This document shows, piece by piece, positions 35,463-49,962 of a DNA stretch of 64,000 nt (the stretch's first letter is position 1; every line of letters starts with the position of its first letter). Made by a program: the position numbers and the translations under genes. This stretch comes from Antedon mediterranea (taxonomy: Eukaryota > Animalia > Echinodermata): the NCBI RefSeq assembly GCF_964355755.1, contig NC_092675.1, positions 26,818,912 to 26,882,911 of the forward strand, in the 5' to 3' direction. The notes beneath the pieces are model-generated. The model ran no database searches and was not told the DNA's origin. It saw only the letters and a program-made list of their open reading frames with translations.

Positions 35463-38400
35463 TCATTTGCCAGACATTCCTCTCATTCGTGAATATATTT
35501 CATCCCAGTCGAGAAATAACCCTTGGAGATGACGCTGAATTGGACCCCCTGCTTCAAAAGCTGTTCGACCATGTAATACTCGAGTATTGTTAACAATAAT
35601 TGCTTCACCTATAGACCGAAAAAAAGAACGTTATATATTTATTATTAATATTTATTGGTGTTTATTTTATGATATTTTTTCATAATTTGGCAACATTATA
35701 AAAATGGTCTATATGGGGAAAGTGTAAAGATATACATTTATGCCGGTTATAAAAACTCAAGTTGTCAAATTAAATAGACGATATTAGGTTCTGTCTACAC
35801 TATCAAATTTAACATGATGATGTCATATCACTACCATATTTGGGCATCACTTCCATATTTTGGCACATCACACTTTTTTGTCAACTAGTTTCATAGTGTA
35901 GACAGCTTTAGGTTGCATTATTTAGAATAAAAGTTATTTCAATCTCATCTCATACCTGGCTGTAGTTTCAGAGATATCAAATTGTTTCGACTATAGAGGC
36001 TGTCCAGGAAAGTCTTCATCGCTTTATACACTTTCTTGACGTCTTTAACCTCGACGCTCATACAAGTATCTTGTTGTGAATAGGCGAATACAACATTTTC
36101 GACATGATCACTATTGCTCATTCTAAAAGAAAAGCAACATTGATAAAACATTAATAGTTTAATAATTAAATTTATTAATTAATTTGGATGAAACCATGTA
36201 GACTTACTTTTAAAGCACCATGGCAAAAAATACTTCACTTTAAGTTGTTTAAAGGATAATTTTCTTAGTGGTAAAAGTAATCGATGTAGGCATAGGGAAT
36301 AGTTCTCCGGTTAGTATCTAGTTGTCCAGATGGTTGAGAGATGTGTGTAAAAAATAATATTACAAATAATAAACCTTATAATTGGTTTCCAAGCCCGAAG
36401 AAGGTACTTAGTCTTTGATACTGAGTGGATTCCTTCATATACATTTGCCACTGGCACGGTACTGAGTATTTCAAACGTTTCTGGATCGTCCCTTTTTAAG
36501 TCGTAAGCCACTTTAAAACCATCTGCAAACTCACTTAGTCCGCCATTAACACTGTCTTGTATACAATGTAGAAGTTGAACCTAGTTTTAATAAAGTTATT
36601 TATATGTTAAATAGAATTATGTTAAACACTAATGTTACGCACTGAGATACTGGAAAACCCCCAAAATGCCTCAAATGTCTGACTTTACATATTACTGTAA
36701 TTTGTTGCATTATATTTGATTTTTTGTTTCAATAAACAATATAGGCTTGAGGTAAATTTTACATCCAACCTTTATGAACCCAACGAAACAACCAATAAAC
36801 AATCACATACAATATTTCTAAAACATTTAACCATTTGATGCTTTGTATCTTGTGGATTGGTGGTTGCACGTGTTGGTAGACCTATAGGCGATGAGGGGAT
36901 TCCATCCAAATTATTCCAATAATTATCCTATAACTTATAACATTGTATTTTTATATACTCCTTGATTTCATTCGTTGTCTCTGACCAAAGTCACGGCCAC
37001 GTTTACTTCATTATGTTTCGGCATCCCGCTGATTATTAATATAGATCATTCACATACAAAGGGAAGACAGCCAATGTTTTAAACCCCATTTCGTTGGAAA
37101 TACTCGGCTCTACATTGTTTGTATGATATATAATAACTTCCACTCCCTCTCGAAAAAATAAACACTTTTGACGCATAGTTTGTTGTTAATATACAAGTGG
37201 GGAATCCCTTTTAGGGCGTAGATTTAATAACCTACCAACTGGTTCTACGACCCTACGGTAGAAATCGCAAAGATAGCTTACCTATTTCCTAAATTAACTT
37301 AACTCAATATCTTTCAAAATAAAATAAAAACAATATTTATTTCATCAAAAACAAAAACAAAAATCCGCAGAGTTTCGAACCCAAACTAGCGCTTAGAGTA
37401 ATCGAACAGAGCATTACCCGTTACAAAATACATGACTGAGCAGTCGGACAATAGTCTATTTATACGTACTTCATATTACGTAATTCATCGTTATGTCATA
37501 AATATATTCATGATCGTCAAAGTTGGTATTAACCTGTTTATATCCAAGATGACCGGTTAGTTCAGTCGACAGAGCAGCGTCGTGTTAACAACACGGATGT
37601 CATAGGTTCGTGGTGGAAAAGATTTAAAGCTACTGTGTTTGGGGTTCACAGAATTATACGTCCCCCTTTCCACCACACAAGCAAGTCAATGCATCTGGTG
37701 ATGCCGTGGAAACGACACAATGTCTCTGCCACAGCATTGAGGTCGTTTCCACGACATTACCAGATGTAGGGAGAGGACACTATGACAATAGTACAAGGTC
37801 ACTTAAATTTTGGTTCAGTCAGTATTTTTTTTCTGTGGATTCGATCTCGTAAATGTTATGCTTAGCGCCCTCAATTTTAAGAACATATGTCAGCACATTA
37901 GGAACAAATGTAGAACATTGTAAAGATGATGGATGGGGTGTGGGTGTTTCTGTAAGATCAAATACGCAATGTTGGGTCGCGAAATTCCCAAAATAGGATC
38001 ATGGGGTCGCGGTCAAAAAAAGTTGCGGAACGCTGACTTAAAATATCATTTGTCGATGTGAAATTCACCGACATTCAGTGACTGGAAAATATTTCCAACA
38101 AATTGGGTGTTTTTATAAACCATTAGGCCTACTGTACAACTGGCACTAACCCCAGGTCCATATGAGTAATACGAAAGGTCCGTGTGAAGCTCCAATGGAT
38201 AGCCAGTGTAAGCTAAGTCGGTGGCTTCAGACGTGGCTTTCACAGCGAAGTCAGACCTAAAAAAAGAGAAATTTACTTCACGTTATCACAACATTAAAAT
38301 AATTACAGATTTAATTATAAGTATATAATTATTTTAGTAGTGTGCTTTGGTCGTCGTACTGTTCGATTCCAGTTTCCCGTCACTGTGGTTGTTTGAGCAT

Positions 38401-39677
38401 TCGTTATGTACCGTACAGTACATGTCGGTCTGTCTGTCTGACAATTAATCTATTATTTTATTTAGTTTAAAACTTATCATCATTTGTAACTACACCAGTA
38501 TATAGGTATATATCAATATACGACAAAAGCATTACTGAAGTATAAAAGATGGATTATCGTTGGTGTCATATGCTGGTAAATTGGTCAATTTTATTTTTGT
38601 CAATTTTTAAATTTGGTTTGGGCATCTTAAGTGCGTCATCATACTAAACAAAATTGTGTAAAATTATAATAATATTAGTTTGTTTTGTGAAGTTGTCTGT
38701 TTATCCCTAAATATTAAAGGTCGAAATCTAGGCAGTTTTATCAAAAGCACAAAGCATCGTTTTCAATCTCTATTATAACAAGGATTAAACACCGTCCAAG
38801 CGAAACGCATAAAAGTCATTCACCATGGTGGTAACTGTAACGTAACGTGAGCCTATTCTCTTCCATAAGAATCACAATAATACAAATGGTTAGACTAAAA
38901 AAGAAAGGTTTGGGTCCGAATGTAGTATTATTATTTTTTTAAATATATTTATTTTTATTTCCAAAAGAGTTGATTGATTTATTTGAAAACGGTGTGTTAA
39001 GCTACTTCTTGTATATTATCATCTTACCCATGACACGTCATTCGTGGATGTGTCACCCAATCTGCCAATCTGGTCAGATTACCAGCATGGTCCCCAAGAC
39101 CGTTCAAGATACAGATTCCGTGTGTATGAAGACTTTCAAGCCATGAGTACAACCACGATTCATCAGACATAACATCATGAAAAGAAAATGTCGGTATCTT
39201 ATCTCTCGTCATCTCAGAACCCCAGTACCTCAAATGAAGTCCATCAAGTGGATTAATCGAAGCTGGGAATTTGACGTCTTTTAACAACTTCAAAGGATAT
39301 TTGCTCGTGTGTGCGTCTGACCATTCTACATTAATTGATTGATCATCGTGCATGCCAACGTTTAATGGGTAGACATCTATATCAAGCTTTTTCAAAAGTG
39401 TGAGTTTCTGTCCAGCGGTTTCTTGGTAGCAAGAATGACAACGACAGTTATCACGTAACCAAATAAACGGACACTGAATCTTCATGTCCCCTTCCTCTAA
39501 TACTATAGTTTCAGAAGTAGTATCAATGATGATATTTGTAGACATTCGACGTCTCTCTATATTACCGGATGAGCTATATAAACGTCCATAATTCTGACTA
39601 GAGAAACTATATGTATCAGCTACAGGGATACATCGTAAAACATTTGTCAAGTTAAAGCGGTAACAATTTCGCAGCAT
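35463..39677 (-). CDS. BBOX1: Gamma-butyrobetaine/trimethyllysine dioxygenase-family 2OG-Fe(II) oxygenase, copy A (424 aa); exons 39028-39677, 38151-38256, 36375-36580, 35956-36122, 35463-35608
   Basis: Zn site WLRDNCRCHSC...WSDAHTSKY, Fe ligands HTD and RVLHGRTAF, R-H-L-Q-G..DWD. All splice phases are consistent. Basic N-terminal presequence. Family is certain; orthology is not. Confidence 0.92.
35786..35910. mobile_element. Harbinger-type MITE remnant in intron 4 of copy A
   Basis: TIR CTGTCTACACTAT / ATAGTGTAGACAG with TTA at both flanks. Confidence 0.55.
37551..37770 (+). mobile_element. tRNA-Ile-like SINE head followed by a 25-bp-arm hairpin; absent from copy B
   Basis: GACCGGTTAGTTCAGTCG..AGAGC...GTTAACAAC...GGTTCG, then inverted repeat CATCTGGTGATGCCGTGGAAACGAC / GTCGTTTCCACGACATTACCAGATG. 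Confidence 0.55.
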
Positions 39678-40892
39678 TTTGGTACATTTGATCAATCAAA
39701 AAACAACGAGTGCACTGAATTACTGTCGACTCATCAAGGGCAAAAACGGGGAAAAAAATGACAAAGGACTGTACCACTGTAAAAGTGGGGATGCTGTAAG
39801 CCTACGGTATATATATTTTTTTATAGGCCTACCAATCATTTCATGTCTGTGTACATACAGGTTTGTCGTTTCTATACCAATGATGGTTTTTGCAGCTCTG
39901 CTAAAGTTGCACGATTTTGGATCTTCTCAAGTTTAATAATGTCCAGGAAACATAAGATAGATGCCTTGGGCCACGGGGTTGGTAAGGTAACAGAACAAAC
40001 TAGAGTGAAGGCCATTGTCGAATCGACATACCATAGATTAATTAGCTTTTTCCAAATTACTACTAACAAATTATAACAGAAACATTTTTTTTATAACAGT
40101 AATCTATGGTGGAGGTGAATTCAATATAAGTGATCCAAGGTATAAGAGTGAAATTATGATTATGTTGTACCTCTATGATATATTTTCATTAAAGCGTAAC
40201 ACTTGTTCGAATCATAATTTGCATAACACTATTCCAATCACTTCCACATATGTTAACAATGTATTTCTAAAAATAAATGTAGGATTTGATGGGTTTTTTT
40301 AAAAGCCGTTGCTGTGCTTTAGAAATTGACTAATATCTATTTAAAGGTGAATAGGGCCTAACGGGACCAGATTATGTTACGTTCAGTTTAAGGTTAGATT
40401 GATTACTTACGGGTTGAATTACTGATACACATCGCTTATAAAATAGTGCGGCCGATTTTGTAAACCCGGAAAGAGTGATGATTCTCTAGCTACATATTTT
40501 TATTTAATTATCATTCTGTTTTATTTGTTGTATTTGGTACGCTTCACGATCAACATTTAGCATATATTTTGCATATGCTACTATAATATTTAAGTTTTAC
40601 AATAAGAATATTAACGGACTAAAATAGTAGGCTAGTATAAGTTAAGCAAGGTATTATTAGGCCTATTATTTTTTTTTATTTCAGATAGTAGTAAGTAAGT
40701 AAGCCAACTTTACTTGACTTGGCCTAGCCACCCCAGCCTCAACCGCTAGTATTGAACTACTAATAGTAGATCTATAGAGCTGGCTAGCATCTTTGTTCAA
40801 ATTAAGAGTGACCACGAGTGAAGAAGCAAAAGGCGCGATACTCGCAAATTCGAGGCCTCTATTAATAAAGCCTATAGCCCAAATATATGACG

Positions 40893-41623
40893 TTTTTAGT
40901 CGCGTGGACGCGACTCTATAGTTCACTATGTCGGTCGGTCTGCCGGTCTGTCGGTCTGTCTGTCGGTCCGGTATCACTAAAGCGTTTTATCGCTTTCTGA
41001 CCTTATCTTGATATCAGTTTAATCTAGCTAAGTCAATTGTTCACAGTATATTCCTTATGGCCAGGAATCGATGTGGTTATGTTTTCACGGTGCGCAATAA
41101 AAAATTACGCGGTGTACGCACGATTTAACGAAATCACGTTTGTAATCATATCTTCACAACCATGAATCACAATTAAATAAAATTTGGTACTCATAAATTT
41201 CAGGGCATAAATAATCATATGGCAATACAATTACATGCGTAGCGCATGTAACGCATGCGTACGCGCGCTTAAAAGTTTCAAAATTTATTTTCGATGAAAT
41301 AAGAGTACGTTTGAGGCAATCTTAAGCGTTTACAAAATTGCCATGAGTGCGCAGATTTTTGCGTGGGCACTGCGCGTTAAATGTTATTGCGCACTCTTTT
41401 TGCCCGATTTCTGTTTTCTTGACTTACTTTTCAACTCGAAATTACGTTATACGAGCACGTCAAAAGTGACAGGCTACGCACGTGTAAATTAAAAAAATAT
41501 AAATGTTTTTAAACATTTCAACATTTTTAAACATGTTCAGTAATTTCGATCAGTTGGTAGGTTGGTCGGTCGGTCGGTAAACACTAATGAGCACGCGACT
41601 GCAGCCATCTATATGGCCTTGTT
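40893..41623 (+). mobile_element. DINE-1/Helentron-associated (HINE-like) non-autonomous element
   Basis: Starts in a T run, then AGTCGCGTG..CGCGACT, a (GTCG/GTCT)n microsatellite, 3' subterminal CACGCGACT, a GCCAT..ATGGC hairpin and TTGTT. Missing from the duplicate region near 62780. Confidence 0.75.
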
Positions 41624-42504
41624 AACAACATGGTCAACTATTATTGAAAGCTGAAGTGTTGATAATATATTGATATGGGCATCTTTGTAAAAATGTCTAG
41701 TACTGTAACGTCTATAAACAAGAAACTTCTGTATGTCACGAGATAAGTTAGATTTATGTTTTTCAGTTACCTTACGATCTTTTTTACAATACAATAGAAG
41801 TTCATCAGTGCAGAACACGCTTTATATTTCTGTATGTACCAAGTGGTAGTCTGTGATTGGATACTCACTTGCACACACGGTATCACTTGTTATGCAAATT
41901 AGCAGGATAGAATGTTCTACCACGGGTTTAAATCAGCAGTTGCACAGTTCGGGGCGTAGAGAATAGATGTGGGCTAGGAGAGTGTTGATGTACACCTTAG
42001 CTAAGGCACATTATTCAGAATACATAGATAAAAGGTAGCTAATGCTACACGTTAAAACTGTGAACTCAATAAGCCCAAGTGGAGAAATAACGACCGTGAG
42101 TACTACTATCGTTATAAGAGTAACTGTAAACTATTTATTAGTATAATTGTGTTCTACTTATGGAATCGTAAATATTAGAAAATGCATGTTTTATGTTACT
42201 ATAGATGGTCGGAGGAGAAGCTGATCTCCATATAAAGTTATTTGTAATAAGAAGTAGTGTAGAGGCACGTCGAAGATAAAGTCTTCTAGTGATCATTGCA
42301 GTATTGGAACACTGTGGAACAATTCATTGTGAACGCCGAAGTACACGGACAGAGTCACGTGGACTGTTATTTTGCATTGAATATAGCCATTTGAAACGAA
42401 CTGTATTTGTTGGACTATTAAATCATTTAAACATATTATTATTACTAGTTTGTGTTTGTGTCTGGCAGTAATATCGTGACACTGTACTATTAGTATGCTC
42501 ATTG

Positions 42505-42610
42505 TTTTAGTCGCGTGCAAACGCGACTCAACAGCTCATTATGTCGGTTTGTCGGTCGGTCGGTTGCTCTAATTTGAGCACGCGACTGCAGCCATGTGTA
42601 TGACCTTGTT
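42505..42610 (+). mobile_element. Short HINE-like element of the same family (partial duplicate at about 62897-62974)
   Basis: Same termini (TTTTAGTCGCGTG ... CACGCGACTGCAGCCAT..CCTTGTT) and (GTCG)n. Confidence 0.72.
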
Positions 42611-45209
42611 GTGAAAGATAGCAAACTAAAACATGTTGATTCACTGAAAGAAAGATAATCTTTCATCTGGTGGAAATAATTTCATGATCCGGATTGAGCC
42701 ATGTATAGGTTTTACCGTAGGCCTATTTCCCAAATTTGCAAAAGCTTACCTCTAATAATTAAAGAAAATAAAAAATGAAGAAATGTCTTAGATATTTATT
42801 CTGATGACTAGATACAAGATAAAGTATAAATTATTATAACAATTTTTTAAAAAACCATTATTATGTAGGCCCTATATAAGAAAATGTACACAAGCAAAGA
42901 ATTATCAAAGATAGGTCATCTTCTTATATTCATCTCCCAAAACACAGGACTACTATATTTTACCAAAGTATTAGATACTCTGGTGGAAAACTTTAGAATG
43001 TTTTGCCTCATTCGTTACAAAACGTACATAATGTAAATAATTTCAAAAAAACTGCAAAATATTATTTATTATCAAACAATACTTAGCTGCCATGTTTTTT
43101 TTGTTAATATATTTACATTTAGCAATATTGAAAATGTATTAATATGATTTATACTACAATTGAAATGTACCGCTTTACGTTTTATTGTTATATTCATTTC
43201 TGTGGCTTATTTATATGTTATGTTTGCTTTTGATTGTTTTGTTTGGGCGTCCCAGACACAAGCTTTGCTTTTTTGATGACGCCACCATTTTGGAAATAAA
43301 TGTTGATTTTGATTGATTGATTGATTGATTGCGAGCCATAACATAGATTTAGTTTCTAAATCTTCCTTTGAATAATACTTCTATTAGAAAAAGTTAGATT
43401 TTTATGAGAAATTGTTATAAATATAAAACTATACACAATTAAGATATAAAGTGTGAATAGCATGTAAGAAAATTACAATTATGTTTTAATAAAAATATGG
43501 TTAAATATGTAAAAAATTGAAACATAAAACTATTTCTCTATGTATATGTTTTCATAAGGAAATATCGTATCTCACATCACGAACTAACACGCTAGTTAGT
43601 TCTGATTATGATGTGTTTATTAAAAAACTAAATTCGGTGAATCTTTTGTATTTGTATAGTGGTTTTGAGTGTTCAGGACCGGATTGTTACCTGATATGCC
43701 CTGTGAATGAAGGATGGAAATACCAAGAGCCAGGTGGAAATACCCGTGATACACGATGTAAGTAGAAGATGGGGTAAACCAGGCCAAAAAGGAAGGTCAT
43801 ACCCCCAGGGCAGGAGTATTCCAGACCCAAAAGGAATGTCATATCCCCAGGGTATATATCATATTTTCTATTGTTTAATTTCCTGTTATTGTAATATTAA
43901 TTAGTGAAAGGTCATTCTTTGTTAGGTTAGAGGTTTGTTATTGTTATTTTGGCGGGGTTTTCGTTTTGGCCTGGGTTATAATTGTAGTTAGTGATGAATT
44001 TGTATTTAAAAAAAAATTAATGAAGGTAATTCTTTGTTTGAGGATTGCTATTGTTATTTTTAGGCGGTTTGACCATTGCATAGGTCACTTTTGTTTAATA
44101 TATCCTAATTTCTTTTGTTCATTGTTCTTTTTGTTTGGTACAAGATTATAGTTTTGTTTTTGATATTTTAACGCCGTTTCTTTTTAGACATTGTAAGAAA
44201 AGGGACTGCTTTTTGTGTTCTTTCCAATTGCCTCGTCTATTTTAGCGTAGAGTTACAGTATTTCACTATGTCTGGAAGTATAGTTTTTTCGCAAGATAGT
44301 TATGTAGATACAGTTATAATTAGTAGCGATGATGAGGAGACTGTTGTTACAGGTAGCGATATCGGTGATCGGTACATGCGGACTAATGAGGGTGTACCCG
44401 CCGGTGTTGATGAAGGAGACGAGAGGGGTAGCCGAGCTACAAGTTGTATATTTACGTACGTAGATGAGGTGGAGAGATAATTTTTATTGAAATTGGAATA
44501 TTTAGCCAGAGAAGTGTTTGTTTCTCAAGTGTTAAACAAGTGTTGGATGTTAAGTAAAGCGGCTTGTTATGGCTGCTGTATGAAATCTCCAGAAGAACAG
44601 ATTGAATATTTTTATCGGGAGGTTCTGGATAAAGATTATGTTACAGACGATACCATGTACAGTGAGCTGAATATGCACGCGGAATATTCATTACCTAGGT
44701 ATAGACATTTTGTTTACTTTCTCGTAAATACCATGACTAATTCAGAAAATCTTTATAAGGTATTGTGTGAGGATATCTAAATCGTGTTTCGCACGTGCCA
44801 CGGAAAACGATTGTCCGGAAAACAAACAATTAACAATGCTTTAATCCGCACGAGTTGCAGGGAGACAATTGACAGGTAGAACAATTATTAACACTTTAGG
44901 CTAATTACTGTAACGAGCTACTTAAACTGTATATATATGGGACCTGATTCAAGCGAAGTTAAGACTCGTTAGTGCCCCTTCTTTCCAACGGCCTGTTTGT
45001 ATACAGTCGGCGAGCACAGTTATTCATTTTAGACTTACAGCGATGATTTGTATCTCGCTGTCTCTCTCCATTCACCGTCATTGTATTTTCTAAAGCTTAG
45101 CCAGATTAAAGCCTAAAGACCACTTTCTATATTTATGAAAAACTGTCAGCAGGATTTTTAAAATGTACTTTAAAGATCAATACAGCGATTCCAAAAGAAA
45201 ACGCATAGA

Positions 45210-46515
45210 ATGCAAGAAATCTTCAAAAAAAGTTCCACATGGAAGAATTACGTGAAAGTACAGAAACAGATTCTAAAAGTAACGTATTTAAAATCAGAAC
45301 AACAGTTGCTATCCCCCGATAGGTTATTGGTGCAAAAGATATTAAGAGAAAATTTAGATTGTGATTACCTTCAACTTCTTGATAAAAGAGCAGCCGATAC
45401 ATTGCTTAATAAATGTGAGGAAGAGATTGACTATTTTACCGGTGATCTTGCAAATTCCTAGAAGACCGGTTAGTTCCGTTATATTTGTTTTTCATCGTGG
45501 TTTTGTATTATTATTAACGATGTACTAGTATTTTCTTCCCTTATTTATTTACCGTTGAGTAGTTCGGTGCTATTTACTCGCTTAAGCTTGGTTCCCACTA
45601 GAACATAACGCAAGGACGTAAACGCAACGCAAGCCTTTTAACCAATGACAAACGAAGTTATAGATAGTTAGCAATCACAAGCGAATAAGCCATCGCTTGT
45701 GATTGGTCAATTCACTTGCGTTGCGTTACGTCCTTGCGTTGCGTCGCTAGTGGGAACCACGCTTTACTGCAAATATTTTTTTTGTGCGTATTCATTTACA
45801 TCTTGCCAGATAAGTTTCATTAATTACTTTCTTTGTATGATTTTCCTCTCTGCAGGTTTCTTTCGGCGATTCGGGCTTAACTTACACATTTTCAGGGAAT
45901 ACAGTACCAGCTTTACCGTAACCTCCGTTCCAGGAAGATCTCCGCAATCTTTTAAAATCGGTTACAGGACATTACTTCAATTTTGTTTTGGTCAACCGGG
46001 TAAATATTCTTGTTTTTTTTTTGTTTTTTTTTGATTGATTAAAAAGGTCCAGCGTTTACCTCTAAAACTATACGCATGAACAATGATATCAGTGGTCAAA
46101 CTGAGTAATTTTTTACAATTTGCGGGATAAGATTGTTCTAATGCAAGTGTTTATTTTACTTTACACCCCCGATGGATAATAGGTTTTCTTTGGTCTCATG
46201 TTATTGTATTTTGTCATTACTCAGATATGCTACTGGTAGTGATTACATTGGTGAACACAAAGATGATGAGAAAGACATGAATCACTTTAGTCCAATCGCC
46301 TCTCTGTATCATTGGGGCAAACACGTATGTTTAGATTTCGGCATGGTGATACACGGGGTAAGAGTCCCAAAAGAATCATTGAGCCAGTAACTGTTGATCT
46401 TAAACACGGTACATTATTAATGATGAATTATCCCACTAATGAGTACTGGTACCATTCACTGCCTAAACAGCAAGCTACCAAGATAAATCACACGTTTAGA
46501 GACATTAAAAGATAA
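45210..46515 (+). pseudogene. ALKBH2: ALKBH2-like DNA-repair dioxygenase pseudogene; exons about 45210-45468, 45856-45999, 46225-46515
   Basis: ENLDCDY..AD.....EEEIDYFTGDLA; VSFGDSGLTYTFSG...FNFVLVNR; Y..GSDYIGEHKDDEKD...PIAS; LGQTR.FRFRH..RGKSP; HGTLLMMNYPTNEYWYHSLP; INHTFR. Has an in-frame TAA, deletions and frameshifts. Confidence 0.88.
45585..45763. mobile_element. PIF/Harbinger-type MITE in ALKBH2-like intron 1
   Basis: TIR AGCTTGGTTCCCACTAG / CTAGTGGGAACCACGCT, extending imperfectly about 50 bp, with TTA TSD on both sides. Confidence 0.85.
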
Positions 46516-48827
46516 GAGAAATTTCACGCAAACATTACAGTTTTTAATAGTTGTCGCAGATCTCAAGAATATTTACTGTTCATGATCTGTTTAGTACGGT
46601 CATTGTATCGGACATGTTTTCCAATAAATTGAATGATTGATAGTAAATATAGAGAAAGCTTAGTACTAATCTTATCTCCTTATATATACTTCCTCCATTG
46701 CTGAAAACAGACCATTAACTTTCGATAGAGGCTAACGACCCCCGCACAGTATACACTGTATAAGGATAAATTAAGAATATCTCATCTGCCGCTTAAACAA
46801 TCTCATTTACTCTACCCAAATAAAAGCCTGTTCTCTTATGTTGATAACGTGCAAAATGTATGGTAGTAAACAAAACGTACTTCCAACCACTGACCATATC
46901 ACGTAAAGGTCAGTTAATGGTCAAACTGGTGCAAATTTTGACCATAAAATAAAGAAATTGGGAAAATTGTGATTGATGTATAGTAGTAAATTATGTTTGT
47001 GATGCTATTCCTACAAATAGCTGTATTATTGTATTGATATTATTATTATTATTATTGTATTGAAATTCACTTAGATCTATACCTAATTCCATTGATCGTT
47101 AATATTCATGTGATTGTTTCTCATTGTGTGGATAAAAATTAAATAATCTCTTAAAAGTAAAATGTATTGTATTTCTAATTGTTATAAATACATTTAACAG
47201 TTTCTTATGTTTTTAACAAGTGTGTAAGTTTTTCTTTAAAGCGTTTTAACCGTTTAGTTAGTAATTTCAAGAGAAACAGGTACTTGAAACGGATAAATGA
47301 TGTCGTAACGTAGGAAACGGATTGGTAGATTAAAAGAAACGTTATAGGCCTATAACATATATTTCGTACATGTATCGATAAGTTATCTAAATATGTGTGA
47401 TTAATATTATTACAATAAAGACCATGTAGATCCACAGTAGTTTTACTGTAAGTGGTATTGTAAATAAATTTAGAATTCAATGGTGAGAATGGTCTGCGTA
47501 TTATTTAATATTACTTTTATCATAATTTCAAACACAGGTCGATCATAATTTGAAGGCAGATAGACGTTTTGGTTGCCAATTGTATTTTCTTTACACTTAA
47601 CACATTTTAATTTGTTTACAAGCAGGTTATTTCCATTAGTTATTCTAAGGCCTACTTTTTTTTCTACATGTTTATCTTTCGACTATTTAAAAACTTTTTT
47701 TATGAAACTTCCGCTGTTTCGTTAGCAATTTTACAGGCCTGTGTCTTCGCTCTGTAGGAACCTTATAACGACATACATTTTAACGGTTCTTTGTAAATGT
47801 TCTCTTATTGATGGTTACCTATAGCTCTCTCACATCCCTTAATCTAGCACCATTTTATGAAAGATTCCTCAGTAAGGGGTTTATTACTGGCGCTAGGTGG
47901 TATCATCGACAGGGAATATTAGACAAAATATGATGTCACTATTTTTAAAAGGTTTTCTCATTCAAGAACAGCTGGCGTCAATGAAGAATACGTTACAACA
48001 CGATAACTACCGGACAGCAGCAAAAAACATCAACCAATCACAAAGCTGAGCTACTAGTTAAATAATAAATAAATGAAACAAAGACAAAAGAAAAGGAAAT
48101 ACACCAAACAAATCATTTTCGTCTCGAAGTTATATTAACGTAAATTAACGCGTTTAACGTTTCCAATTGTAAAACAGTTTCAAATTGCGTCGCATCATAC
48201 TGCTAGTACCTTACTGTAAAATATCTACCGATATATATTTTGCTAGTCACTCATCATTTTATTACATCACATTATTCAACTCATCAGGTGTAATATCTTT
48301 ACACAAATCCTTTATATCTTTACTTTTTTTCTTACCAGCTCATAACAAACATGAATATTACTCTAAAGGATTTATACTCAATGTACGATTGAGTCTGCAT
48401 AGCGGCACGAGAAAACAATTGATAATGGGGATAAAAAGTTTGTCTTACATTGTTATACAGTAACTTGTGTTTTTCTTTGTTTACACCATCTCATTGTTTA
48501 TAATTATGTATGTTAATGTCGATAGTGTTTCTCTAGTACAGTTTATTACTTGTTTATACTTGTAAAGTTTGCAGGCCTCCATGTTGTTGGTATATATTGT
48601 AAAAATTGTATTTATGTTTACTTTATAAAAATCGTTTTATTTGCATTGTATCTCCACCTGGTTAAAATGAGTGTGATGTTGCTTAAAAAGTTAACAAGTA
48701 TAACCACTAAAACGGTTCATTACCTGTAGGAAATCATCAATATTGTAACATGCGGTAAACAATACAAATTAGTTTCACAAATTATTTAAACAATAACACT
48801 AACAAATTATTAGAATTTAAGAAAATA

Positions 48828-49105
48828 AAGGTGTACAGATTTTATTTCGATAAAAAAAAGTGTACAAAAATAACTTGACACTTAACAAAAATGTACAGAA
48901 TAAATTAACAACAAAAAATCACACAGTAAACTAATTCTTATAAAGGTGTAGGCCTACAGTGTACATTGGCCACAGATATTCTTAAAACGAGGTGTACAGC
49001 TTTTATTTAAAAAAAAGTATACAAAAATAATTTTACACAAAGTGTATAGAATAAATTTACAAAAAAAGTTCACACATTAAACTAATGCTTATAAAAGTGT
49101 ACATG
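48828..49105 (+). repeat. About 160-bp degenerate tandem duplication
   Basis: AGGTGTACAG.TTTTATTT..AAAAAAGT.TACAAAAATAA...CACA..AAACTAAT.CTTATAAA occurs at about 48830 and 48990. Confidence 0.7.
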
Positions 49106-49962
49106 TCTACGTGTACATGTAACGTGGCATTACCATTAAGAAACAAATACAAACCAAACACTAAAAACAATACCTCCAGCAGGTATATCAACTTTAGTAT
49201 TTTAAGTATAGGGCCTACACGTGACAAACACACACACCCTCTTGAATTGTAGGTACAGGTCTTTTGCCGTTCGTAATTTAAACTGTTCGGAAAATTGAAG
49301 TTAATATTCTGAGATTAGGCCTATAGCCTATGATTGCATTCTGCCTTCCCTCTCAGGAGCTTAGACTTGTCAACGGTCTAAAAGAGCTGTAATGCAGGAT
49401 GCGAAACATAAAAGTTTATTAATAAACAGTATATTATAACGATAAAGAAACGAATGTACGATACACCAATATAACAGTACAATAACTGATTAACTGAAGA
49501 CTTGAAGTCTACTGTATTCCTACAATCATTCAAGTAGGCATTGTTTGCTGAGTGTATGATACTTTGTCCACAGAGAATTCGAACGATGTGTTTTTTTCGG
49601 ACGTGTTTCTACGGTTATCAGAACGGGTCAATAATAATTATAAAAAACAAAAACAAAAAAACGAACAGCCTACTAACTTCCAAAAATATCAATACCTAAA
49701 TAAGCTGAACCTAACCCACTAATTAATCTCTTCCATACATCAAAATCGGCCGAAAATGATCTGAACATTAAAAAGTGGACACGGTCGCCTGTTCTTCTTT
49801 TCTGTTTCCACGGCTTGTGACATCCTCGTTGGTGATAAAGCCATGCGGTCTATACACTTATGATGACCACATCGCATAACATGTTCAGGGAACTTATTTT
49901 TCAACTCTCTGATACAATGTTTAAATACAAGTGGACTGGAAACCATTTAGGATTAGGTTTTC

